Source: Nymphaea colorata (lineage: Eukaryota). From it: a stretch of DNA of 64,000 nt. The DNA lies in the NCBI RefSeq assembly GCF_008831285.2, contig NC_045138.2:24366001-24430000 (forward strand). The letters are read 5' to 3'. Below, in pieces: positions 10,497 to 35,642 of the stretch; the first letter of the stretch is position 1; each line of letters opens with the position of its first letter. The notes beneath the pieces were generated by a model. It worked only from the letters and a program-made list of their open reading frames with translations, had not been told where the DNA came from and made no database searches. Made by a program: the position numbers and the translations under genes.

Positions 10497-12409
10497 TCAT
10501 CGCCACCTCCGTCTCCCAGGCCAAAGCGATTGGTCGCCCCTCACAATCGCCATTAGCATCACATGTACTTCGCCTGTGCAAAGATGGTCGCATCCCTGAA
10601 GCCATTGAGGCACTCAACGCAGTGGTCGACCACCGCCGGCTCGGCGTCCGGCCCGTCGTCTATGCTTCTCTCCTACAGGCATGCGCCAGGACCAACTTCC
10701 CACGAACTGCCGCCTCCGTTCACTCCCTCTGCGTCAAGTCCGGCCTGGACTCCGATCGTTTCGTTGGCAACAGCCTCCTCTCTTTGTACTTCAAGTCCGG
10801 CGACGTCGCGGAAGCCCAATGCGTGTTCGACCACTTAAGGATCAAGGATGTAGTTTCATGGACGTCGATGATCTCGAGTTATTCCAAGATGAGTAGACAT
10901 CGGGATGCTCTGACGTTGTTTGACTCGATGCGGCAGAGCTGTATCGTGCCTAACGAATTTACTCTGTCGATCATGATCAAGGTTTGTGCGGAAATGAACG
11001 ATGTTAGATTGGGTAGGTTCTTCCACCGATTCGTAATCGACCGAGGCTTCGACGACAACTGCATTATCAGTAGCGCGCTTATTGATATGTATGGCAAATG
11101 CGGGTGTCTAGATGATGCGCAGAAAGTGTTTGGTGAAATGCCCCACAGAGATGCGGTTTCTTGGACGACTATGATCGCTGCCTTTGTGCAGAAGGAGAGG
11201 TACAAACAAGCGTTGGAGTGGTTTTTGCTGATGCAGCAGAAAGATGGTGGGGATTCGATGTGTGATGGGTTTGCTTTCGGCACTGCACTGTCGGCTTGTG
11301 GGAATTTAGGATTAGTAGGGCCAGGAAGGCAGCTGCATTCGAGGTTGGTTGTGGATGGGATTGAGGTTAATGCCGTGATCGGAAGCGCCCTGGTTGATAT
11401 GTATGGGAAATGTGGGGACATTTTGATTGCACGCGAAGTGTTCAATAGAATGCCGCAGAAGAACATGGTGACTTGGTGCTGCATGCTTTGTGCATATTGT
11501 GAAAATGATGAAGGTGAATCAGTGCTGGAGTTGTTTAGGGAGATGCAGAGAGTTGGTATGGGAAATGACCATTATAGCTATGGGACCATCCTCAGGGCAT
11601 GCGCAACGCTTCAGGCCTTGAAGCAGGGCAAAGAGATCCATGGCAGATTTCTTAGAACAGGTGGAGAACGTGGAAATGTTGTTGTTGAGTCTGCTCTTAT
11701 TGACATGTATTCTGAATGTGGAAGTGTACAAGATGCACGCTGTGTTTTCCAACGGTGCCCAGTTAGGAATATGATTGTTTGGAACACGATGATCAGGGGT
11801 CTAGCACAGAACGGCAGAGGCGTGGATGCTTTAGAAATATACGATCAGATGGTTGAGGAAGGAATGCTGCCAGATTATATTACGTTTGTAGGTGTACTAT
11901 TCGCATGTAGTCATTCTGGTTTAATTGAACAAGGAAGAAAGCATTTCAAGTCCATGGTTGAGATCTACGGGATAAGTCCCGGAATTGAGCATCATGCTTG
12001 CATGGTGGACCTTCTTGGCCGAGCAGGAGTATTGGAAGAAGCCGAGCATTTGATAAAGAACTCAAAATTCGTACATGATTTCTCGTTATGGGCAGCTCTC
12101 CTTGGTTCATGTGCTGCTCATTCCAACTTGAGTCTAGCAGAACGAGTTGCATCAAGGATGATCAAACTGAAACCAGCGAACCATCTGAGCTACATTCTTC
12201 TAGCAAATCTATACTCTGCAGTAGGCCAGTGGCATGATGCCGAAAGGATGAGGAGTTTGATGAAAGATAGAGGGATCAGAAAGACACCAGGAAAGAGTTG
12301 GATTGAAGTTAAGAAGAGCTTGACTTCCTGTCCAACTTGTGATACGAGTAGTGAGAGGACGATAGACCTTGAAGCAGAAGCCGTCCTTAAGAATGCCGCC
12401 GTAAACTGA
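10469..12409 (+). CDS. PLS-class PPR protein, E subgroup without DYW domain (646 aa); probable organellar RNA-editing factor, resembles Arabidopsis At1g03540
   Basis: Intronless ORF with repeated ALIDMYGKCG/VSWTSMI/FTLS motifs; E domain (WAALLGSC, YILLANLYSAVGQW, PGKSWIEV); basic, Ser/Ala-rich N-terminus like a mitochondrial presequence. Orthology is from recall. Confidence 0.93.
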   Translation: MKVALAVRRFIATSVSQAKAIGRPSQSPLASHVLRLCKDGRIPEAIEALNAVVDHRRLGVRPVVYASLLQACARTNFPRTAASVHSLCVKSGLDSDRFVGNSLLSLYFKSGDVAEAQCVFDHLRIKDVVSWTSMISSYSKMSRHRDALTLFDSMRQSCIVPNEFTLSIMIKVCAEMNDVRLGRFFHRFVIDRGFDDNCIISSALIDMYGKCGCLDDAQKVFGEMPHRDAVSWTTMIAAFVQKERYKQALEWFLLMQQKDGGDSMCDGFAFGTALSACGNLGLVGPGRQLHSRLVVDGIEVNAVIGSALVDMYGKCGDILIAREVFNRMPQKNMVTWCCMLCAYCENDEGESVLELFREMQRVGMGNDHYSYGTILRACATLQALKQGKEIHGRFLRTGGERGNVVVESALIDMYSECGSVQDARCVFQRCPVRNMIVWNTMIRGLAQNGRGVDALEIYDQMVEEGMLPDYITFVGVLFACSHSGLIEQGRKHFKSMVEIYGISPGIEHHACMVDLLGRAGVLEEAEHLIKNSKFVHDFSLWAALLGSCAAHSNLSLAERVASRMIKLKPANHLSYILLANLYSAVGQWHDAERMRSLMKDRGIRKTPGKSWIEVKKSLTSCPTCDTSSERTIDLEAEAVLKNAAVN

Positions 12410-12587
12410 GGGCGTTCATGAACTTTGCATTTTAAACTCGAAAACCAAAGATGGACTTGGATGGAGGGCTTGTTTGCCAAACAGAATTGGGTGTGCCGGG
12501 CTAATCTGGCTCAGCAGAAAGAGCTAGGATCCATGGACAAGCTTGGACCTTGTCAAACTTGTTTTTAGGCTCAAAACAAGCATTTGG

Positions 12588-12725
12588 AACTAGTTTGTGA
12601 TGCTAAAACCAAATTTTTAGCATGGTGTTGGTGCTATCCAGACAGGCTATGTCTCGAGTTGTTTAACTAGTTTTTTATGCTAAAACCAAAGTTTGACATG
12701 GTTTTGGTCTCATCCAGATAGGCTG
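12588..12725. repeat. Degenerate ~76 bp tandem pair downstream of the PPR
   Basis: aactagttt..tgctaaaaccaaa..catggt.ttggt..atccaga.aggct occurs twice. Confidence 0.6.
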
Positions 12726-14384
12726 CTGCCCACTTAGAGGCACTTCTGATATTGTTTTGGTGAACAGCCACAAGCAGTAAGTTCCTTGTTCATGGAAGCA
12801 ACAAGCTTCTGTTGATGGTGCCGAAGAAGGGGCTGCTAAATGAATGGAAGTGTTCAAACTTTGGCTATCCAGGGATGAAGTGCATGCTTTGTTTACGTGT
12901 CACCAATACCCCTTGTAGCTCTACCCCGTATGGTCGCCAACAGAATGAGGGAAAAGGTTCTGTGTTGAGAAGCAGTGTGACTGGATGACGACAAAGAAGG
13001 TGGTCGAGTAAACGCAAGGCATTTGGCTGAAGTGTGAACCGTTCTTCTTCTGTTCCATCTCTTCGAGCCGAAAACAATGGCAACTGAGCTTTCAGAAAGA
13101 AAGGACCAAAGATTGTTTACGGGATATCACCGGAAGTGGTGATGTTGTTACTTGAATCCTTGCCCGCCCTTTCAGCAATTTGTAATTCTTTAATTGCTGG
13201 AATGGAACTGATTTGTTATTTTATCTTTTCAATATTTTCTGAAAATATTATATTTTTAGAACATATGTTTGTAAAAGACATGATTCAATAAGACCATCTT
13301 CATATTTCTGTAAATCTAATGTAATTATGAATGTTGTTTTTATTTTCTAACAATCGAATCATATTACATTTCTTGAAACAACAGCCCGATGTTATTAAAC
13401 ATGTGTACCCAGCCGCCGACGACTGGCAAACTACTGGCTGGGGCAATTCAAAAACTAGCTGCAAGGTGCTATTTCACAAACTGGCTAGTTGGGGGTTTGC
13501 ATAATATTCCAATCTGCGCCATTTTTCGTCAAACAAAAGTATGATTCCAAAAATATGGTGTGAAATTATGCATTAATTGAATCAAAATCATTTTCGAAAG
13601 CAAAAAGGGAAGCAAGGGACACCATACCTGAACCCAAAACTGTCAAACGACCATTCTCCTCCCTCCCTTTCTCTCTCTCTCTTTTATCCCTTTCTCTCGC
13701 TTTTGGTTTTGAAATGGGGGTCGTGCATCGACCTCCCCCTTATTTTATTTTTCAATCTTGTCTCCAATTTTCAAGCTAATTACATTAGGTATTTAGTAAC
13801 TCTTAATTATGAAATAGTTTAAATTAAACTTATGTTAATTAAGGTTAATCTATACTTACGTCACATTTAAGTATACCTTAATCTTGTTGTTAGTTCCTTA
13901 AGAGTACCCAACATTTACATATGAGCCGCTCATGAGTTCCTAATAATTTCATTTAAGCTTTCTTGAATTCTCAAAAGAACTCAAACTTCTAAAGAATGAG
14001 CCTTCAACACACATAGTCCAATCTCAGCACAATTAGTGTCCTTGCTCTGTGAGCTCTATCCGAACATAGATGAACCATATGCTCAGCTGGAGACTCCAAT
14101 CCACAAGACAATTGGCTACACAACCAACAACATATAACAAGCACCTCAAGAATAAGATTTTTCTAAAAAACAAGTCTTTTTTATTATGCTAATGAACAGG
14201 CTGCGGCAGTTATCTTTTTCTTTTCAATAAAATTCTGGGGCCATGTTTGCGGAACCTACCCGCTCGGCCCACACTCACTGGACCGTGCCTTAGTCCCTCA
14301 TATCCAACGACCCCGGAAATCGTTTGAGTCAATATTCCACTCAAACAGTCGACCGGTTCTTGGCTAGGACATCAAGAACCCTAG

Positions 14385-14413
14385 CTCTCTCGCTCTCTCT
14401 CTCTCTCTCTCTC
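14385..14413 (+). repeat. (CT)n microsatellite in PheRS-beta 5' leader, preceded by telo-box-like AACCCTAG (14377-14384)
   Basis: Direct reading; telo-box-like motifs are typical of translation-machinery genes. Confidence 0.7.
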
Positions 14414-14452
14414 CGTGCTTCTGCTTCTGCAGGGACCGAGAGCCATTCTGCC

Positions 14453-29224
<14,772 letters not shown>

Positions 29225-31256
29225 ATGGATGGGAGACACAGGTAGTTTGTGTTGTCCTTACTTGGTCGTTCTAGATTCTGCTTGTTCTGCTAATGTGTAA
29301 GTGTGCTGATGGTATGCGTATGTTGCTTTTCAGTATAGCTGTCTTGCCAGGCCTGTTGTTCGATTTTTTGGTTGGTGATACAATTTTTTTCAGTGTTTCT
29401 CATCGATCTACATCATCCGCTGTACTGGGGTTGGCACATGATTTGCCTTTTCCAGATTCTTATGCTTGTTTATGTCACAGTTACAGGTCAATCTACCTTA
29501 AGAGGTTAGCGAGATTGATAACTTAATTCAAGAAAATTTGACGATTTTGGATGGTGTCAAGGGACAGCCCATATACCTTTTTGGTGCCTGTGTTGCATTC
29601 ATTGATTGTAGTATTTGGACAGAAACAAGAACCAATCATAAATACAGCTCATTTTTGTGACCTAAATTGTAAGACCATGAAATTTTGTAATCTATTTTTT
29701 TTTTATTCGTAGGTTGGAATAAGTTTGAAAATTTCTCAAGATAGCTTTCTTTTGTATAACGCTATCTTGTTGTAGTCACTATGCATACGGTTAGCAGTCT
29801 CTAAATGACCAAAAGGAAACTATTTTCAAAGTGAAGAAACAAGGTTGCATGTTTTGTCTTCACTGTAACATATACGGCAGTGTCTGCATGACAGACATTA
29901 GCTAGAGAAATATTTGCTCTTACGTTTGTACTTCTAGACTGGTCTGGTATATGATGCTACTGGATTGTTCATGCTTGGAATTTTGATTTCATGTAAAGTA
30001 TCGGCATTAAAATTGATTCTATCGAACGTGTCTGTCTCATCAGCTTGGGGATATCAATTTTTTCGCTTGCTTTTCCCTTGATCTAGTTTGGTGGGATGGC
30101 CAGGAGGGAATGATGGGTCAATTTTGCTGCAACTATTGAATCCAGTCGGCCGGATATGGTTGCGGAGTTAAACAGGCAGCCACAGGGTATAGGGTCCTAA
30201 GCCAACAACTCCACGTCTGTTGCTAGCATTCCCATAGAGCTCAACCAGTTCCCTCGTGTGCAGGAAATATTGGAAAGACGTTCTCAGTTCTTCATGTAAA
30301 TTTGTCTTTCCTAATTATCTTAATGAACAGGTAGGGGACCGCCTAGCCCATATTGATATCAGGAAACGAAAAAAACTATTGGACGACCTCTTCTTACGAC
30401 TACCGGAGTGATTGAAATTTTCAATTACGGTTTACAATTCAAGGTAAATATTATTGAAATACGGATAAATTGCAAACTTAAGAGCAAAAGGGAAGAAAGA
30501 GGTTAAAGAGAAGCTTAATGAAGTAACTTTTGAATCCTAGTTCCTTTATTATTATTTTGGTTTATTTTTTTTCTGGTTCGTGCTGGAAAACAGAGATGAA
30601 CTCTTATAGGAGTGGCAATCAAACTTACTAGCCTAGACGGATGAAGCTATCTTGTCTTAATCTTGCCAACACATTTACTTTGTTGTTGGGAGGAAACTCG
30701 ATTAATGAGTAGATGGAGGCAAAGCAAGCAGCAAACAGATAGTCCGATATTAATTTCAAAGTAGAAGTTCCTATGCCCACGACGGGAACCGGAATGTCAT
30801 AATGGTTTCAAGATTATCTTATATTCAATTCAAAATGGAACCAGATTGATGGATTTTGGATAGTAAAATTTGAAGCGCATCATTAATTATTCAAACTTGC
30901 TTCAGGATGTCTTGTCAAGCTTTGTTTACTTGTAAAATTGAGATTTCAGTTTTTCATTTGTGGTTATGAATCCGGAACTAAATCTGAATCCCATTTAGGT
31001 AGTACCGATTACACCGATTAGTTATTAGCTATAGCCAACTATTTCCTGCTAAAATCTGGACTCTTGACAAGTTAAATACAGGTTGGATCCGGGTCAAATC
31101 AAGTAATGCTGAGATCCGTCAGTCAAAAGGCTCGAAAGGGTATACGGTCTGCACGACGTTTCCATCTGCCGCTATAAATCCATTGAAATTGTTCCAGTGA
31201 AGTATGGGCTTCCCTCCTTCCCCACCTCACTGGACGACAGTCTCCATTCTTATCCC

Positions 31257-34200
31257 ATGGGGCACTTTCTGTTCTTCCTCCTCCTCTTCGTCCCCCTCTC
31301 TCTATTTCTCTTGCTTTACGTCTTGATTCGCCCTCGCCCTACACGAGTGCCAATTAGGGGCCGCAACGTAGTCATCTCTGGAGGATCGAGCGGGATTGGC
31401 CTCGCCATCGCCCACCAGGCCGCGTCTGAGGGTGCCCAAGTCACCATCCTCGCCCGCGACCCCAAGAAGCTGGAGGATGCCAGCCGGTCGATCCAGAGCG
31501 CTACTGGCAATTCCAACGTTACGGCGCTCAGCGTAGATGTCCGCGACTTCGCCGCCGTCAAGCGGGCGTTGGAGTCGTGCAGCTCCGTTGACGTTCTGAT
31601 ATGCAACCACGGGGTCTTCGTTCCTCAGGAGTTGGAGGAGCAGACAATAGAGACAGTTAAATACATGCTTGATATCAATTTGCTAGGTACGTTCAATCTG
31701 ATCAAGGCCGCGCTACCGATCATGAAGAAGAGGAAGGACAACGTGCCTGCCTCGATTGCTCTCATGTCTTCTCAAGCAGGGCAGGTGAATCCCCGTTCAT
31801 GGCTCCTCTTAGTGGATTATGCTTTTCTCTCAATTTTTCTTTTTTCTTTTTTTTCGGTGGCCATCGTTTGTCATCTGGTCCTTGATCTGTTGTGGTGCTT
31901 TTCTGCTTCTTTATTGAAATGCTGTTGAACTTTTTATGCATTCAATTGGCAGATTCTACTTCACCAAATATCTGCTGTTGGTTGATTTCTCAGACTCGGA
32001 TGATAATTCATCAATCACATGATGTTAGTGATTTGAGGAAATTTCCTTTTTTTTTTCCTTCTCCCATTTAGATTTTTTTTCATTTTTGTGTACATATCTA
32101 TCATGAGCGAATGCAGATAAATGATTCCTAGGCTCGATTGACATTTGAAAAAAGAAAAAATTGATAGCGTAGGTTTTGCAAAGTAGCTATGTGTTAGACT
32201 ATACATTAAAATGTGCCGATCTTTTTTTTCGCCCTACTTACCTTTTTAGCACCCGTGGACCTTGTACAGAAGGTAGCAGTAAAGGACGGACTCAAAAGGG
32301 GGTGTTCAAGCATGTGACTGTCGCATAACTAACTCTTTTTGTTAAATTCTAAGCGTGTCCATCGGATGGTTCTCCAAAGTGGCTATGTGTGGAAATAATG
32401 TTCATCATTTCTTTTCTAATTATCTTTTTTGCATTCATGGACCTTGTACAGCAGGTAGCAGTAAATGACAGACTCGAATTCAGGGTGTTCAACTATGTGA
32501 CTTTCGCATAATAATTCTTTCTGTTGAATCCTAAGCGTCTTGATCGAATGGTTTTACAAATTAGCTATGTTTTTTGTATACATTAAAAAATGCCCATCAT
32601 TGTCTAATTATCTCCTTAGCACCTATGGACCTTGTACAGCAGGTAGCGCTCAAATTCCGTGTGTTCAACTATGTGACTGTCACATGACTAATTCTTTTTG
32701 TTACATCCTAAGCGGGTTCATCTAATGGTTGCATTTATTTCATTATATTTTCCAAGCTGGACCTTATACACCCGGTTTTTCTTCTTTAGGTGGGCATTTA
32801 TGGTTATGCAGCATATTCAGCAAGTAAGTTTGGGCTTCGTGGTTTAGGGGAGGCTCTTCAACAGGAGGTCATTGCAGACAATATTCATGTCACCCTTATA
32901 TTTCCTCCAGACACAGAAACACCAGGCCTGTTGGAAGGTAACATCTTTTTCTGGGTTACGATCTAGAAATTTGACCTTGCTAGGAATCTGTAATAATTCC
33001 ATAAATGCTTAATCTTCTAGCCAACAAGAAAAACGTTCATGTTATTGTGCAAGAATGTCGTCTGTTGCTACAGGTTTTTTAATTTTCCTTTCCTACATAT
33101 GTCTATGTAATCCATATTGTCTATGTAGTCATATGTCTATGTAATCCCGTTCTAAAATTGTTTCTCTGATGTAAGAGGAATGGTCTCTAACAGCAATCTT
33201 AACATGTGTGACAGATACATTAATACTTGAATGCACAAGTTAAAGCTACAACAGCTCATATAGAAAGTACTCACAAAGGTCACTAACAAAAATGAAAAAA
33301 GGTATAATCTTATTGAAACAAAGCACAGCATTCAAAAAGCTTAACGAAGAATGGACTCAATCCCTTATCATACACAAGGTGATGGGGACGTTAGGCTAGT
33401 TCAGGTGGTCTGTTTAAGACCGGAGAAAATTGAAAAATAAAGATTCCACATCTCACGAGCGTCTGAGGTGAGATCCAATGTAGATCTAACTTTCTATTCA
33501 CTTGTGGGATATTGGGTGGGTCCAAAGGGGAGGGGAGGGGGTGTTATGTCTTGCTAAACTACCTGGTTTTGCTGTTCAATTTTTCTTCCAAATAGATGTT
33601 ATGTCAAGCCCTCCTTGGTTTCTGCCAACTCTCCTTTCCCTTTTCCTTGAAGTATGACTGCACCAAATGAGAGTCATGGGCCCAAGAAGCTAGCATCTTC
33701 ACAACTGGCACATTGAGGAACTCTTGACCATGGGAAATGGCTTAGAGAAGAGCAATCTTACATTGGTAGTGCTTTGGTTCACAAAATGTTGAGAAAGCTT
33801 GTCAGGCAGAACATAAAGGAGGTCCAAAGAAAGGAAAAGATCATCACATATTATGTTAAGGATTAAAGGGAGAGAGAGGAAGTTAGGAAGATCAAACCAC
33901 AATATTTTCTGAGAATTAATTTGTCTCACAGCAATATGAGTTTTTGCGCAAGTTTTGTATGTTGTTTGTCTTTTGAAGGTTTAACTGCAATGCAGCAGGC
34001 CTTGTGATAGCTCTGTCATATAGGCGATAACAAGAAATTTCATTGAATTTTCCTATATCTTCTCAAGAAAACTTATATGTATGAATGCCTACTAGTTTGC
34101 ATCTTCACCCATTACCTGGCCGTGAAGGGATCCTAATGTGAGAATCTGGTGCTGGGAACAGTGTTTATTTCAGTATCCCTAGATTTTGCTTGCAATTGAT

Positions 34201-34583
34201 TATGCATATTGTACAAACTTTTCCCCCTGTTAACTTCAGCTATAAGGACTCATAAATGCTTGTCAACTGCAGAACAAAAGAGCCGACCATCGATCACCAA
34301 CATCTTGGCAGAGTCCTCCTCTGCAATGAAAGCAAAGGATGTTGCTAGGAAGGCCTTGGATGGCATTAAGTCTGCAAACTTTGTGGTTTCGTGCAATTTT
34401 GATGGGTTCATGTTATCACTAGCAACTTCAGGTATGTCTCCTCAAAGGTCAGTCCTGACAGCTTTCATCGAAGTGGTTGCTGCAGGCCTGCTTCGTCTTG
34501 TGGCTTTGTTTTACCAGTGGAAGTGGTATGGGATGATTGAACGGTGCCATGCAAAAGAAAAGAAGTATGTTCTGAATGGCTAG
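31257..34583 (+). CDS. TSC10: 3-ketodihydrosphingosine reductase (SDR family, sphingolipid synthesis), ~328 aa
   Basis: Exons 31257-31784, 32790-32937, 34273-34583 (987 nt). N-terminal TM helix, SGGSSGIG, MSSQAGQVGIYGYAAYSASKF (YxxxK), FPPDTETPG, C-terminal hydrophobic segment. A further 3' exon is possible (see findings). Confidence 0.93.
32178..32770. repeat. Degenerate ~185 bp tandem repeat (3+ units) in TSC10 intron 1
   Basis: tggaccttgtacag..ggtagc...gtgttcaa..atgtgact..ctaagcg recurs at ~32256, ~32438, ~32626, with a partial start at ~32758. Confidence 0.85.
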
Positions 34584-35036
34584 TTTGTCCATCTTCTATG
34601 ATTTAATTTGTGATTTGCATCATAAATTTGTATGTTAATCTTTGATGAATTTTTGTGATCTTCTATTTCAAATTGCATACCATCTTTTGATGTCAAAAGT
34701 TTCTTTCCAATTTGTATACCAGTTTGGCAGTTTGTGATTAGTCCTACACCCGCTAAATCAATAACAAAAAAGGGTCCCCCAAATAAAGCTTGTCTACCTG
34801 TGTAAGGAGGAGAAGCACTCAAATAAAGCTCGTGACTGATGTTCTCTTGCAGGGGTCTATTCAAATTTTACAGTAGGAGGAGCTTCAGCTCCTTCAATAA
34901 TAAGAGTGAATTCCAGCCCCTAAGCTCACAGAAGTTAAAACCAAGAGCTGTGCAGTTACTGAATGACGGTACGGAAGCTCATGAAAAGGCAACACTGTAT
35001 TGAGTGGGGCTTCAGTATCTTCATGGCAGATACAAC

Positions 35037-35642
35037 CATAGTTGGGAAGCCCGTGAATCAGGCTCGCACAGCTGACAACGGGGTACCGAGTTAGTGAGTT
35101 AAGTCAACAACTCGTCAAGGTCAGGTCATAAAATTTTTTAAATAAAATGATGATTTTTTGGCTTACTGTTGCTTGATAGGAATGAGAGAGAGAAAGAGAG
35201 AGAGTCTGGTGACCCATGATTGTTGGTGGTTGTCAAGACTTGTCCCAATGACCGTCGAGGACTTTGAGAGAGAGAGAGAGAGAGTCTCACTTGGAGACAT
35301 TCGCTGGATGGCATTGTGGGTAGATGCACAACACCAGTAGCCTGCGGCAATCACCCTTTAATGAAACCCTGGCAGCAGAAAAATGCTTTGGGCATGTGGG
35401 ACAGGGTATCAATAGGGTTATAGGTAGTGCGAGCGAACTGGTTTCAAGTGTAAAATGAGTCTTCAAAAGGGGCAATTTTAATTTGATTCAGCAAGCCAGT
35501 AATCAAACTGATTCAAGCCCAAGTCCTTTATAAATCGGGTATATCTGGGTCAAGGCTGATCATGGCCCAGTTTCTGGCCAATCTAAGCCAACTCAGGCCG
35601 TCGGGCAATTCTCGAGTTGACTCCCTGGGTTTGCCAACAATG
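35037..35642. mobile_element. Non-autonomous hAT-like element (~606 bp)
   Basis: TIRs catagttgggaagccc / gggtttgccaacaatg (13/16); 8-bp flanks gatacaac (35029-35036) / gatacagc (35643-35650); subterminal gagtt/aactc motifs. Confidence 0.75.

Noticed and set aside
10879..11484. 201-aa antisense ORF and other ORFs overlapping the PPR, TSC10 and GRP genes
   Set aside because: Shadow frames of real coding sequence.
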